Shown here: in pieces, positions 8,680-17,839 of the stretch
Numbering within the stretch: position 1 is the first letter of the stretch
Layout of the letters: each line of letters opens with the position of its first letter
IMG/VR virus record: IMGVR_UViG_3300022074_000043
Coordinates: 1 to 58,031 of that record
Reading direction: 5' to 3' (one strand)
Length of the DNA: 58,031 nucleotides
From: a virus
Taxonomy: Duplodnaviria; Caudoviricetes
Position numbers and translations under genes: made by a program
The notes under the pieces: model-generated
Seen by the model: only the letters and a program-made list of their open reading frames with translations
Told to the model about the DNA's origin: nothing
The model's database searches: none

Positions 8680-8682
8680 CAT

Positions 8683-8711
8683 AAAAAAAGGGCGACTGAA
8701 TAGCCGCCCTT
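8683..8711 (-). terminator. Rho-independent terminator after major capsid gene
   Basis: AAGGGCGGCT-ATTC-AGTCGCCC followed by T7. Confidence 0.75.
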
Positions 8712-8731
8712 CTACTTTATTATGCCTACAA

Positions 8732-9643
8732 TTATGCGCCCGGTGAACCGAATACACAACGTGGGTCTGAGAAGCCGAAGCTGTAACGCTCACGGGCCTT
8801 GAACCGCATGTTACCAGTGTCGAAGTCTGGGTCCATGTTAGTTGCAAGAGCAGAACGCTCAAAGTGCTTTAGGCCATTCGGTGCGTCAGTCTTGATGAAA
8901 AACGCATCAGTGTCGGTCAAGTAGTCGTTGACTACATAACCTTCAGGCAGCATGCCTGATGACTTGATAGCGTTGATATCATTGTCGGCTGTACCTACCC
9001 GAAGGTTTGATACGAGCAGACGTTCTGCAACGAACTGCAACTGACGTGGGATGATCAGCTTCATACCACGAAGAGCAACAATCAGGCCACGCTCATCAAC
9101 AAAACCAGCAATGTTGATCAGAGCGTCTTCCAAAGAAGTTTCGTTCAAATCAGCAGCTACTGATGGTTCGTTGGCGAAAGTGCCACCTGATGTCAGCGGG
9201 TGCGATGCATCACAAAGAGCAACACCGTCACCGCCAGCAAATGCGCCAGCAGAGAATGCGTTGTTCAGGATTGATGCAGCTTTAACCTGCTTTGTGTGTG
9301 CCATTGACCGTGCGAGTGCACGAGTATAGCGAGAGGCCAGACGATCATACAGATTGTCTTCAACAGCTTCTTCAGTGATTGAGAAAGCCATTGCTACTGT
9401 CTCGTGGTTGTACCGAGCAGTGTAAGCTTCCTGTGCATCGTCGTAAGATACACCTGTGCCTTCACCTTTAGTCGGCGCAGCCCCGAAACCTGACAGCATT
9501 ACCTCTTCTTCAAAGGCACGATCTGATGCCTCAGTGTCGAAGATTTCAGAATGCTGACCTTCGTAGCGACCATATTCCATACCAAAGAGAGCGTTTAGAC
9601 CCGGCTCTAGTTCTTTGGCGAGTTGTGCGCGAGAAATAGCCAT
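8732..9643 (-). CDS. Major capsid protein
   Basis: MAISRAQLAKELEPGLNALFG...YNHETVAMAFSITEEAVEDNLY...FKARERYSFGFSDPR; size and position after scaffold. Confidence 0.9.
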   Translation of the reverse strand: MAISRAQLAKELEPGLNALFGMEYGRYEGQHSEIFDTEASDRAFEEEVMLSGFGAAPTKGEGTGVSYDDAQEAYTARYNHETVAMAFSITEEAVEDNLYDRLASRYTRALARSMAHTKQVKAASILNNAFSAGAFAGGDGVALCDASHPLTSGGTFANEPSVAADLNETSLEDALINIAGFVDERGLIVALRGMKLIIPRQLQFVAERLLVSNLRVGTADNDINAIKSSGMLPEGYVVNDYLTDTDAFFIKTDAPNGLKHFERSALATNMDPDFDTGNMRFKARERYSFGFSDPRCVFGSPGA

Positions 9644-9656
9644 TATCTACACTCCC

Positions 9657-10271
9657 TTATGAAATAGCGGCTTCAGAATCAGACTGAAGCAGCGCGTGAT
9701 TGTTAAGCATCACAATCATAGGAATACCAGCGGCAGTGAAGTCGGCGTTCTCGGCGTCATCCAAAATACCCACAATCTTCAAAGGAAGAGAGGCGTTAGA
9801 TGAATCGAGAGTTGCGACATCAAGCTGTGCGCTAGAAATGCCTGTGGTTGTGCTACCGCTTGCACCACTGTTGAACTGTGAGTTCTCAAAAATGGCAGCA
9901 ACAGCAGTTGCTTTGTTAGTGATGGTAGCGTCTGTCGCGACTATAAAGCGCTGGAGCGGGTTGTCGTACACAAACCCGATGATATCGAAGTTTGTGTCGG
10001 CACCTGAACCGGGCCAGTAGTTTGAGAAGACTTTCTTACCAGTCGTTGATGATACATATTCACAGCCAGCAAAAACGCCAACGGGAGCCTCAGTATCGCC
10101 GGATGCAGAACAAATAACGATTTCACCACCGTTATCGGCCTTTACCATTGATCCCTGAAAGATCGCGCTAGCGGCGCTGTCGATGAAGTATGCATTAGTA
10201 CCTTGAGTAGCTGGTGCGCTACCTGCGGTATTAATCGGCTTGAGGCCGAAGGCAACATTAGTGTTTGCCAT
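9657..10271 (-). CDS. Capsid decoration/minor capsid protein
   Basis: MAN...FGL.P...IFQG..V...GVF.GC.Y...V.DNP...F; immediately upstream of MCP. Confidence 0.6.
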   Translation of the reverse strand: MANTNVAFGLKPINTAGSAPATQGTNAYFIDSAASAIFQGSMVKADNGGEIVICSASGDTEAPVGVFAGCEYVSSTTGKKVFSNYWPGSGADTNFDIIGFVYDNPLQRFIVATDATITNKATAVAAIFENSQFNSGASGSTTTGISSAQLDVATLDSSNASLPLKIVGILDDAENADFTAAGIPMIVMLNNHALLQSDSEAAIS

Positions 10272-10298
10272 TACTTACTCCTTATCAGATTAAGGGGA

Positions 10299-10751
10299 CT
10301 AATCTTTGCCCCCGAATGATACACGACTTTGCCTATCGTTATGGATAGGCATTGAGGGATGTTGTTCCCTCATCAGGTTATCGTCAACGGCCTTCATTTG
10401 ATTGCGGGTCTGCTCCCGATAATACTCAGTTCTTTCTTCAACCGTTTCTTCTGGAATCCGTGCAAGCATTAAACCGCCTACACCAATGACTCCACTGTAC
10501 TTACCATCATCAATTGTTGGAAACTGATCAGCCAGATCTGGATATTCATCCGCACGGACTGGTTCCCATCCTTCCCGCAGCTTTGCGGCTACATTTGTGC
10601 GATCATCTTCACCACGAATTGATGTGCGGATCCAACGATGCTGATAGCCTGCTGGGGCTTCAGGTGCTGCCAACTTTGATGGCGGTGTCCACGGCTTACG
10701 CCGTGTGGTTTTTGCGCGTGATGTTGATTCGCGTGTAGTTCTATCAGCCAT
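10299..10751 (-). CDS. Conserved head-module protein
   Basis: Start revised to MADRTTRES; W.PPS.L.APE.P.GY.HRWIR...LREGWEPVR...GGLMLARIP. Confidence 0.7.
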   Translation of the reverse strand: MADRTTRESTSRAKTTRRKPWTPPSKLAAPEAPAGYQHRWIRTSIRGEDDRTNVAAKLREGWEPVRADEYPDLADQFPTIDDGKYSGVIGVGGLMLARIPEETVEERTEYYREQTRNQMKAVDDNLMREQHPSMPIHNDRQSRVSFGGKD

Positions 10752-10755
10752 GTCC

Positions 10756-11649
10756 TTACTCCTTAACGTACTTTGCATATTCTTCAAGCGGAACATTCAA
10801 GCGTTTCGCAATGGCAATTTGCGAAGGCGTAAGTTTGACTGTTCTGCGCTTCTTTGGTGATGACGACTTAGAAGCCGTGGACTCAGCAGAAGCGACTCTG
10901 GGTCCCGTATCACGAACCTTTTCCTTAAACTTATGAGGAAACTCGGTCCGTATTCTACGATCAAGCTCATTATAGTACTCATCGGACGATGGGTCAAATC
11001 CTTCATCCTCAATTAATTGCCTATGTAGGCCAAAAGCAGCATATGTCATGGTTTGATCCTGCCCAAACCACTCATTTTTGGTCGCCCAAGCCTCTGCCTT
11101 GGGGTCTGGTGCGGCTTGTTGTTGCGGCTGTGGCTGTTTTTGTTGCTGTTGCGGCTGTGCTTCAACAACTTCTGCCGCCGCTTCGCGCTTAGATTTAGAC
11201 TCTTCTAACCGTGCCTGATCTAAAGCCAGCTTACTTAAATTCTTTTGCGCCTCAAACATGGCTTCAGCATCGCCGTCGTCATATGCTTTTTGATACGCCT
11301 GCTTGGCGGATTCAATCTGCGATTCAACACGACTACCAAACTCACCCTGATAAGACTTATCTAGGTTTTCTAGCTTTGACTTTAACTCTTCATTTTGTTT
11401 CTTAACGGCTTCGGCATATTCAATAGCAGCTTGTCTTTGCCGTTCTTCTTCACGGTACTTGCCTGTAAGTGTGCGAATGCGCCGTTGAACAGACTCCGAA
11501 TATGAAGCAAGCTCTTCCTCATTGTCATTCTTGGGCGCTTCTTGATCATCTTCAGGCTCGACGTTCTCTTGTTGCTCTACAGCAAGTTCCTGTGAATCAT
11601 CTTCTTGCTCAATGATTTCCAGTTCTTCTTTTTCTGCTACATCAGACAT
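10756..11649 (-). CDS. Capsid scaffolding protein
   Basis: Acidic coiled coil, DPKAEAWA..NEWFG, C-term LT.SQ.AIAKRL.VPLEEYAK. Confidence 0.7.
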   Translation of the reverse strand: MSDVAEKEELEIIEQEDDSQELAVEQQENVEPEDDQEAPKNDNEEELASYSESVQRRIRTLTGKYREEERQRQAAIEYAEAVKKQNEELKSKLENLDKSYQGEFGSRVESQIESAKQAYQKAYDDGDAEAMFEAQKNLSKLALDQARLEESKSKREAAAEVVEAQPQQQQKQPQPQQQAAPDPKAEAWATKNEWFGQDQTMTYAAFGLHRQLIEDEGFDPSSDEYYNELDRRIRTEFPHKFKEKVRDTGPRVASAESTASKSSSPKKRRTVKLTPSQIAIAKRLNVPLEEYAKYVKE

Positions 11650-11651
11650 AC

Positions 11652-12086
11652 TCAGACTCCGTATGTTTTTATATCATCTGGGTCGATGATGGTGGCAATG
11701 ACTTCATCGTCATTGATAATACGAACCTCGCCGCCTTCAATGTTAAAGCGAGATCCAGCGTAGCGCCCAATACACACCCAGTCGCCTTCCTTGCACCACG
11801 GCTCACAATTGTCGCCGAACTTATTGGGGTCTTGATATGCGAGGGGGCCAACCTTTACGACATAAGCTACGGTTGTCGCACGGGCTTCTTTTTCACGAGC
11901 GGCATCAGGGATGTAAACGCCGCCGTCAGTTTTTTCTCTGCCCATATAGGGCATAACAAGAATCCGCCAACCTGTGGGCTGCGGTACTCGTTCTGCGATT
12001 GATTTTGATTTTGCAGCTTCTTCGGCTTGTTTTTTAGCACGTTGCTGCTCAAGGATGTAGTCAGGTACTAAGAGAGTCTTCGTCAT
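11652..12086 (-). CDS. groES: Co-chaperonin GroES-like protein
   Basis: P.GWRILV...KTDGGVYIPD...VVKVGP...KEGDWV..GRYAG....GGEVRIINDDEVIA; start revised to MTKTLL. Confidence 0.85.
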   Translation of the reverse strand: MTKTLLVPDYILEQQRAKKQAEEAAKSKSIAERVPQPTGWRILVMPYMGREKTDGGVYIPDAAREKEARATTVAYVVKVGPLAYQDPNKFGDNCEPWCKEGDWVCIGRYAGSRFNIEGGEVRIINDDEVIATIIDPDDIKTYGV

Positions 12087-12270
12087 AGTTAGCCTTTTGT
12101 AGCAGGGATTTAAGTTCATCAAGAGCAAAGGCGACACCCTGTATTTCGCCAACTCTTGCTTTGTAATCTTCGTAGCTAACAGCACTGCCGCTAGTCACTG
12201 ATAGACTAAGCTCTTCTATTCGGGTATTCAAGAGTCTTTGGTATTTTTTTAAAAAATCTATTGCGTCCAT
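12061..12270 (-). CDS. Small helical hypothetical protein
   Basis: G....YEDYK..VGEIQG...A; coupled ORF. Confidence 0.65.
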   Translation of the reverse strand: MDAIDFLKKYQRLLNTRIEELSLSVTSGSAVSYEDYKARVGEIQGVAFALDELKSLLQKANYDEDSLST

Positions 12271-12677
12271 TACATACCACAGTCGCAGTCAGGTTTACCG
12301 CAGTCACATGGGCCTTCTTCATGCTCACCGGGCAAATCTGTCATCGGACCGCCCCCAGCCCACTCTGCACAACTGTTCTTAGCACTGCACATAAACTTTA
12401 GCAACTGACAATAGCCAACCTCACCAGACTCATCTTTCATGCACTGCTGCATGTGTTCCGTGATATTAAACACGGAACAGGTTCCACAGCTTTCTTCTGG
12501 GTTGATAGCTGGCCCATACTGATTTTCTTTAACAGCAAGACGACGGTTTTCTTCGTTAGTATCAACGTCCTGTGTAGCAATCGGACAAGCCTCTTCCATC
12601 GGCTCAACAGGCATGCCGTCCTGAATAGCTTTGCTCAAGTCCATACCGTCTGGAATTAGCGTAATTTGTATTTTCAT
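12270..12677 (-). CDS. Cys-rich putative metal/Fe-S-binding protein
   Basis: CGTC..F...C...GYC....FMC.AKNSC.EW spacing reminiscent of HiPIP; extra CDC..PDCDC tail. Confidence 0.5.
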   Translation of the reverse strand: MKIQITLIPDGMDLSKAIQDGMPVEPMEEACPIATQDVDTNEENRRLAVKENQYGPAINPEESCGTCSVFNITEHMQQCMKDESGEVGYCQLLKFMCSAKNSCAEWAGGGPMTDLPGEHEEGPCDCGKPDCDCGM

Positions 12678-12686
12678 TGTCTTCCC

Positions 12687-13736
12687 TTAATATAAGCCAA
12701 TGTTGTTTAAAGATGGTACTGGGTTGTCTAAAGTAGGCTGTCCTAAAAACTGACCAACTCCTGTAGAAAACACACCTAATAGTTGAGGTGTTTTTGGATC
12801 GTACTTTTGCATAGTGGTTTCTGGTCTTGTAACACCAGTGCTGAACTGTGATTTAGCGTCTTCAAATCCCTGTACAGGAGCCTGTTCAGTAACCGACTCT
12901 ACTGGGGAAGAAGCTGTATCGGGGCTAAGTTCTAATCTAAGTCTGTCTGCTAAACTTTCTATACCCGTCTTTGTAGCGGATGTAGCTCTAGAAACCTCTC
13001 CAGTGCCTATACCAAGAACAGCGCGTAAGGCAGTAGAGTATGGGCTTTCATCTACATTCTGGAAATCCGGTGTAAAAGGTGTGCCTGCGAGACCGTATTC
13101 TCTTGGTGCTAGAAGACCCACACCCGGAAGAATCGAGCCGAGCATACCAAAAGCAGCAGCGTCCATCAGTCCTAATTGTTCAAAATTTGATTGCACCGGG
13201 CCATAGTAAGTCTCCGGCGTTGTAAATAATGTTTGTAAGCCCTTCCTTAATTCACCCGGTTCAGCGGTTGCAAACTGATTGTTGTAGCCCGGAAGATTAG
13301 GATCATTGGTTGGATTAATAAATTTTGAGTAATTATTATACGCAGTCGCAGCGTTGTTTATGTTTTTGTATTTAACATTTTTAGGATCTATCCCCAAAAA
13401 CTTGCTAAAGGCACCCTGTTTGCCGTATGCATTATCTGCTGTAATACCTTGGTTTTCGACGAACTGTCCAAAAGACGGAGCACCCGCTATAGTAGCGCCG
13501 TACTTAGTGCCATACATAGCGCTAGCCAAACCGGGGCTAAACTTACCAGCACTCATCGCAGCTTGCGCTGCCGACGCTCTGTTTCTCTCCACCTCGTTCT
13601 TAGCTAATTCTTTTGTAGCGTCAGATCCACTGTTTGGTCCAACTTTACCGGGAGAGGAGAAGGATCCATCCGGCTCCTTACCGAAGTCACCTTTTTGCTT
13701 ATTAGAATCTGGTTCTAAGCCGCCGAGATCAGCCAT
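12687..13736 (-). CDS. Hypothetical protein, possible internal virion protein
   Basis: 349-aa low-complexity G/S/P-rich ORF with one hydrophobic segment. Confidence 0.6.
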   Translation of the reverse strand: MADLGGLEPDSNKQKGDFGKEPDGSFSSPGKVGPNSGSDATKELAKNEVERNRASAAQAAMSAGKFSPGLASAMYGTKYGATIAGAPSFGQFVENQGITADNAYGKQGAFSKFLGIDPKNVKYKNINNAATAYNNYSKFINPTNDPNLPGYNNQFATAEPGELRKGLQTLFTTPETYYGPVQSNFEQLGLMDAAAFGMLGSILPGVGLLAPREYGLAGTPFTPDFQNVDESPYSTALRAVLGIGTGEVSRATSATKTGIESLADRLRLELSPDTASSPVESVTEQAPVQGFEDAKSQFSTGVTRPETTMQKYDPKTPQLLGVFSTGVGQFLGQPTLDNPVPSLNNIGLY

Positions 13737-14125
13737 TATTTAACTCCGCTGAACTTCATGCCTTGAATTGCTTTGCCTCCACCACGACAACTCATGTACT
13801 TGCCGTCTTTTGCAACAACAGGTGGATTCATTTCATCTCTAGGATCTTCTAAAGTGCCGGGGTTGTCAGTCTTATCCTGTTCGTAGCTTTTGGGCTTCTT
13901 ATCTTTTTTCTTCTTATCAGACATTGTACCAATCCTTGTGTCTTCAGTGAATATACGCTCTGCATCTTCAAAGCGTTGCATCTTCTTGCGTAGCTCTGGA
14001 GAATAACTGTCTAGTATTTCAGACCCGCCGTCTTTGCGACCACGAGCCTTCTTCATAAGCTTGTTTGCTTTTGGCCTGCTAATGTTTAAATCGTCAGCGA
14101 ACTGACTTATTCTGGGCTTTGCCAT
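13736..14125 (-). CDS. Charged hypothetical protein
   Basis: Ends AKDG...RGGGKAIQGMKFSGVK. Confidence 0.6.
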   Translation of the reverse strand: MAKPRISQFADDLNISRPKANKLMKKARGRKDGGSEILDSYSPELRKKMQRFEDAERIFTEDTRIGTMSDKKKKDKKPKSYEQDKTDNPGTLEDPRDEMNPPVVAKDGKYMSCRGGGKAIQGMKFSGVK

Positions 14126-14261
14126 AACTTATTATCTCTTCGATTGTTCTACCGCACCCGATACATCTTATACCATCTTCGTCAAGCGTACAAACACCTA
14201 TGCACGGACTGTTACTCTTTGTTGTCTTTGTGTTCGTGCCCCATCCAGATCCCGAAGACAC
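14094..14261 (-). CDS. DUF1289-like small Cys protein (55 aa, not in ORF track)
   Basis: Hand translation ...SPCIGVCTLDEDGIRCIGCGRTIEEI...; GTG start with GGAG 9 nt upstream. Confidence 0.65.
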   Translation of the reverse strand: MSSGSGWGTNTKTTKSNSPCIGVCTLDEDGIRCIGCGRTIEEIISYGKAQNKSVR

Positions 14262-14424
14262 CTGTCATTACTCCCATAACTACGCTTACAAAAGCAGACT
14301 GCGACGCCGTCGGATCTTCCAAAGCCATAAACCATTCAGCACAGCGCCACGACATAGCCGTACTAACCAACATCATAAATCTTGGTAGAACCTTCCAGCG
14401 TAGAAACTGCTCTACCGTAATCAC
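14212..14424 (-). CDS. Small two-TM membrane protein
   Basis: W..LPR.MM...WFMAL.DPT..QSAFVSVV.G..TG.F; follows holin. Confidence 0.65.
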   Translation of the reverse strand: MITVEQFLRWKVLPRFMMLVSTAMSWRCAEWFMALEDPTASQSAFVSVVMGVMTGVFGIWMGHEHKDNKE

Positions 14425-14816
14425 TTAGACACACCCTTGAACTTTTCAAAGCTACGCATTCCACCCAAACCGAGCATGCCAAGCAGTACAGTCATCAAGC
14501 TTTCCATGTCAAAGGCAGGCATCGGCGGTACTTCAAGTCCCATGTAGGCTGTAACGAAATCTGTCGCCGGGAATAAAACAAAGTGCGCCATTAACGCAAT
14601 ACCGCATGTCCAGCCGATGAACGGACGCCAACCCGCCACAAATATACTACGGTGCTTGGCCTCTTCAGCGTTTATAGCAAGCTGACCTTTTGCAAGTTCC
14701 TGTGCATGTTTATCTGCCATTGTGGCAAGTTCATGCGCCAGCTTGTTTTTCTGATCTTTGTCTTCAATAAATTTATCCAGCAGTCCTGTGACTGGTCCAA
14801 TCAGTGCTTGAATCAT
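14421..14816 (-). CDS. Holin (3TM, GTA-holin-like)
   Basis: IN..EA.H.S.FVAGWRPFIGW.CG...GMLGLGGMRSFEK; start revised to MIQALIGP. Confidence 0.8.
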   Translation of the reverse strand: MIQALIGPVTGLLDKFIEDKDQKNKLAHELATMADKHAQELAKGQLAINAEEAKHRSIFVAGWRPFIGWTCGIALMAHFVLFPATDFVTAYMGLEVPPMPAFDMESLMTVLLGMLGLGGMRSFEKFKGVSK

Positions 14817-15016
14817 AGTTTTGACCCTTTCAACGGTATACACCTGTACGATTTTGGCATAACCTTGCCCTTGTTGTACTGAGCAATATCGTTTGCCATA
14901 TCATAAGCTCGGCTAGCACATCTTTCCTGTGTTTTGTAAGGCCCTCTTGTGTCGTGGTACTGATAACAGTTTTCGGGCATCGCCACACTGCAAGCAATGA
15001 CTAGAACCTTAAACAT
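14813..15016 (-). CDS. Small four-Cys protein (DTRGPYKT family)
   Basis: MFKVLVIAC...C....DTRGPYKT...C..R...RC; paralogue at 39655. Confidence 0.65.
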   Translation of the reverse strand: MFKVLVIACSVAMPENCYQYHDTRGPYKTQERCASRAYDMANDIAQYNKGKVMPKSYRCIPLKGSKL

Positions 15017-15111
15017 TACATACACAAATCTTCGTACTTAGTTGTATGCCGCCTGTGCTCGGACATATCACCAACTCTGTATAACCAGAACTTTTTAAGC
15101 CATCTAATCAT
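15016..15111 (-). CDS. 31-aa peptide (not in ORF track)
   Basis: MIRWLKKFWLYRVGDMSEHRRHTTKYEDLCM; ATGA overlap with portal stop and TAATG overlap with next gene. Confidence 0.55.
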   Translation of the reverse strand: MIRWLKKFWLYRVGDMSEHRRHTTKYEDLCM

Positions 15112-17513
15112 CGTCCACGATTTCTCGCCAAGTCAGCCTGCGTGTTAATGCGGTATACGTTGACATCGTTTCTTTCGTCGGCAATGTCACGCTGCACAGA
15201 CATACGCTGTTGTGCTAGCTGCATAGCCTGAGTAATCTTGGCCTGATCGATCTGATAATCCATTGCATCGTTTTGCATCTTGCGTTGGATTTCCATCTGA
15301 TCGTTTGCTAGCTCTTGCTGACGGATCTCTACCAGCGGATCGCCCTGCTGTGCAGGCATCAACATAGGTGCAAGCTGCTCCAGTGTTTCTGCAATCTGCT
15401 GTGCAACCATAGCTTCCACTACATTTGGATCAATCTGCGGGATAGGTTCACCAGCAGCTTGTGCCTGCTCAATACCTTTTCTAAATACTTCCTGAACAAT
15501 ATCACGCGCAAACATTGAGACGTGATCCTGTACATGTGACTGCAACGCCAAGAAGGCTTGTGGGTTTGCTGCCAGCGCAGGTGACTGCAACAGCGCCGCG
15601 TGTACACGGATGTGTGCGCGGTGATCCTGCTGCGGGAATGCCTGCGGTGGCTTTCCCTTCATTGCTTCTGAGTTTTCTGTCGCCGGGTCTTTTGGTGCAG
15701 GTGGTTGCGGTGGCGGCAATATGCTGTCGATGTTCTTAACATCCAGCGCGTCATACATCCGGCGGTAGGCTTCATACAGATTGTGCATCTGCGGGGCAGC
15801 CTGTGCCAATTGCAGTTGTGTCTGCGCCAGTGATAAGCGCTGCGCCATAGAAAAGATCGACGGGTCAGAGACAGGAAGAATATCTACACGCCCGTCGAAA
15901 TCCTGAGCCATAATCTGTGGGTCAATGTTTGCCCCAACAGGATAGGGATAAGGCATAGGATTATTAGCAAAGATCTGCGACAGCATCCTAAACTCTGACT
16001 TTTGTGCATAGTGCAGGCGCTTGTGTATGCTTGATATAACCTTTGAACCCTGCTCAATCAGGGCCACTGTTGTTCCCACGGGAGCCTGTGCGTTGACATC
16101 TGCGACTTTTGTGTCCGCAACTTGTGCAAATCGTCTGCCCGAATCAACGACCACCCCGAGTAATTGAGCCAACGTACCAGAAGGCTCCTTGTATGGGAGT
16201 GGCATAAGAGCATTGCGAATATCACCGCCGGGAACATCAAGATCGCGGAACTCGCCCGGGTTAACAGGGTCATCGCTGTTTCTAATGCGGACGCCACGCG
16301 CTTTGAAACCGCCCGGTAGGTTCGACAAAGTACCCGCATCGATAAGCTGACGTAAGATTGAAGTCGCTGCACGGCTCAAGCCCCCTATCATGTGCAACAG
16401 GCCGAAACCATAAAAGCCCAGACCCGGCAAAAACTTATAGTGTACAAAGTAATCGCGCTTGCGGCGCATCGGATCATCTTCACGATAGTTGCGTACTACC
16501 GAGAGAATTTTTCCCGAATCTGCGTCCATAGTGACAATATACGGCAGTTTGATACCTGTTGGCTCACCTGACTGATCCATGTCTTCAAACCCGTCAAGGT
16601 CAAGATCAACATGGACTTCATATAGTGTAACCAGTTCATCAGAATAACCCGGACGCAGCCCTTGAATTTCATCAGCTTTTCCACGGACTGTTGAGTCACT
16701 TTCGTCAGTTTCGCTTGGAGATAAATCAACATCTCTATATATCCCTGCAACTTGTAGCTTCCGTATGTCATTCTCTGTCATACGAAAGACGTGTGTGTAA
16801 CGCTCCGCAGTGCGTATGTCAGAAGCTGCATACGGAACAACCAAATCTTCAGCAGGCACAAACTTTGACACCGCACGTTGCTTGGTTTCGTCAAAGTACA
16901 CCTTCTTGAAGGTCGAACCAGTAATCGGCAAATAGAACAGCATCTGATCTGTATCCTGATCAAACTCTTCCATTATCTCGGTAATCTGGTAATTCATATA
17001 GTCCTTGACACGCTGGGCCTGATCTTCCAACTCGCGTGTCTGTGCACCCAGTATTTGTGTCTTTACAGGACCGCCCGGTGGTAACATCTCACGATACGCC
17101 TGCGCCTGAAACTGCGTTACAGCTTCCGCCAACAACGGATGAGTCACACCACTAGCACCCATAAACGGCTCGTTGCGCTCTTCATAATTAATGCCGAGCA
17201 GACCCAGCCCCTTCGCAATAGCTGTTTCCCAATCTTCACGCGACGACTTGTCTTCGTCAATCTTTGAACTAAGGTCCGAGGACAAAGAGCCAAGGTCCGA
17301 ATCGTCCAAGATCTCAGCTAAGTTAGCATTGTGATCATAGACCTCAGCCTCTACTTCCATAGCCATCTCTTCTTCACCAACTAACTCAATGCCGGGCGGA
17401 AGATCTGGTAAATCCGTATTCGGTACTTGAACCTCGGTCATGGCTTGTTCAGCAGTCATGCCGGGACCGCCGGGTCCCATAGCCATGTCAACCATCTGTG
17501 GTGGTAATGCCAT
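15108..17513 (-). CDS. Portal protein
   Basis: 801 aa, PF.GASGV.HPLLAEAVTQFQAQAY.E..P..GPV, GS.FKKVY.D, YGFGL.H.IGGL, DAGTL.NLP.GFK; long C-terminal helical barrel. Confidence 0.85.
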   Translation of the reverse strand: MALPPQMVDMAMGPGGPGMTAEQAMTEVQVPNTDLPDLPPGIELVGEEEMAMEVEAEVYDHNANLAEILDDSDLGSLSSDLSSKIDEDKSSREDWETAIAKGLGLLGINYEERNEPFMGASGVTHPLLAEAVTQFQAQAYREMLPPGGPVKTQILGAQTRELEDQAQRVKDYMNYQITEIMEEFDQDTDQMLFYLPITGSTFKKVYFDETKQRAVSKFVPAEDLVVPYAASDIRTAERYTHVFRMTENDIRKLQVAGIYRDVDLSPSETDESDSTVRGKADEIQGLRPGYSDELVTLYEVHVDLDLDGFEDMDQSGEPTGIKLPYIVTMDADSGKILSVVRNYREDDPMRRKRDYFVHYKFLPGLGFYGFGLLHMIGGLSRAATSILRQLIDAGTLSNLPGGFKARGVRIRNSDDPVNPGEFRDLDVPGGDIRNALMPLPYKEPSGTLAQLLGVVVDSGRRFAQVADTKVADVNAQAPVGTTVALIEQGSKVISSIHKRLHYAQKSEFRMLSQIFANNPMPYPYPVGANIDPQIMAQDFDGRVDILPVSDPSIFSMAQRLSLAQTQLQLAQAAPQMHNLYEAYRRMYDALDVKNIDSILPPPQPPAPKDPATENSEAMKGKPPQAFPQQDHRAHIRVHAALLQSPALAANPQAFLALQSHVQDHVSMFARDIVQEVFRKGIEQAQAAGEPIPQIDPNVVEAMVAQQIAETLEQLAPMLMPAQQGDPLVEIRQQELANDQMEIQRKMQNDAMDYQIDQAKITQAMQLAQQRMSVQRDIADERNDVNVYRINTQADLARNRGR

Positions 17514-17839
17514 TAAAATGTTCCTTTGAATGTGCCGCCACGGGCTTTCATCATAACTCCGCCGTACTTCTTACCTTTGATTGTCTTGCCCGGTAATGTA
17601 CCGCTGGTGTCAAACGTAACACCTGAAGACTTCTTTTTTGCCACTGGTCGCTTTGGTTTTGACTTCGGTAACACAGTTGGCGTTGTTTCTTTAGTTAGGT
17701 CTTCAAAAGCCAAAGGGTCACGCAACCTTTTTGGTTCAGCAATACCACGAAACTCTGGGTCACGGCGCTGTGCAATGCCGCGAAACTCTTTCTTCTGACG
17801 CGACTTCTTGTGACTTGTAATACGTTTTCTTGATGCCAT
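17513..17839 (-). CDS. Basic hypothetical protein
   Basis: K/R-rich, EFRGIA repeated twice, ends KARGGTFKGTF. Confidence 0.6.
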   Translation of the reverse strand: MASRKRITSHKKSRQKKEFRGIAQRRDPEFRGIAEPKRLRDPLAFEDLTKETTPTVLPKSKPKRPVAKKKSSGVTFDTSGTLPGKTIKGKKYGGVMMKARGGTFKGTF

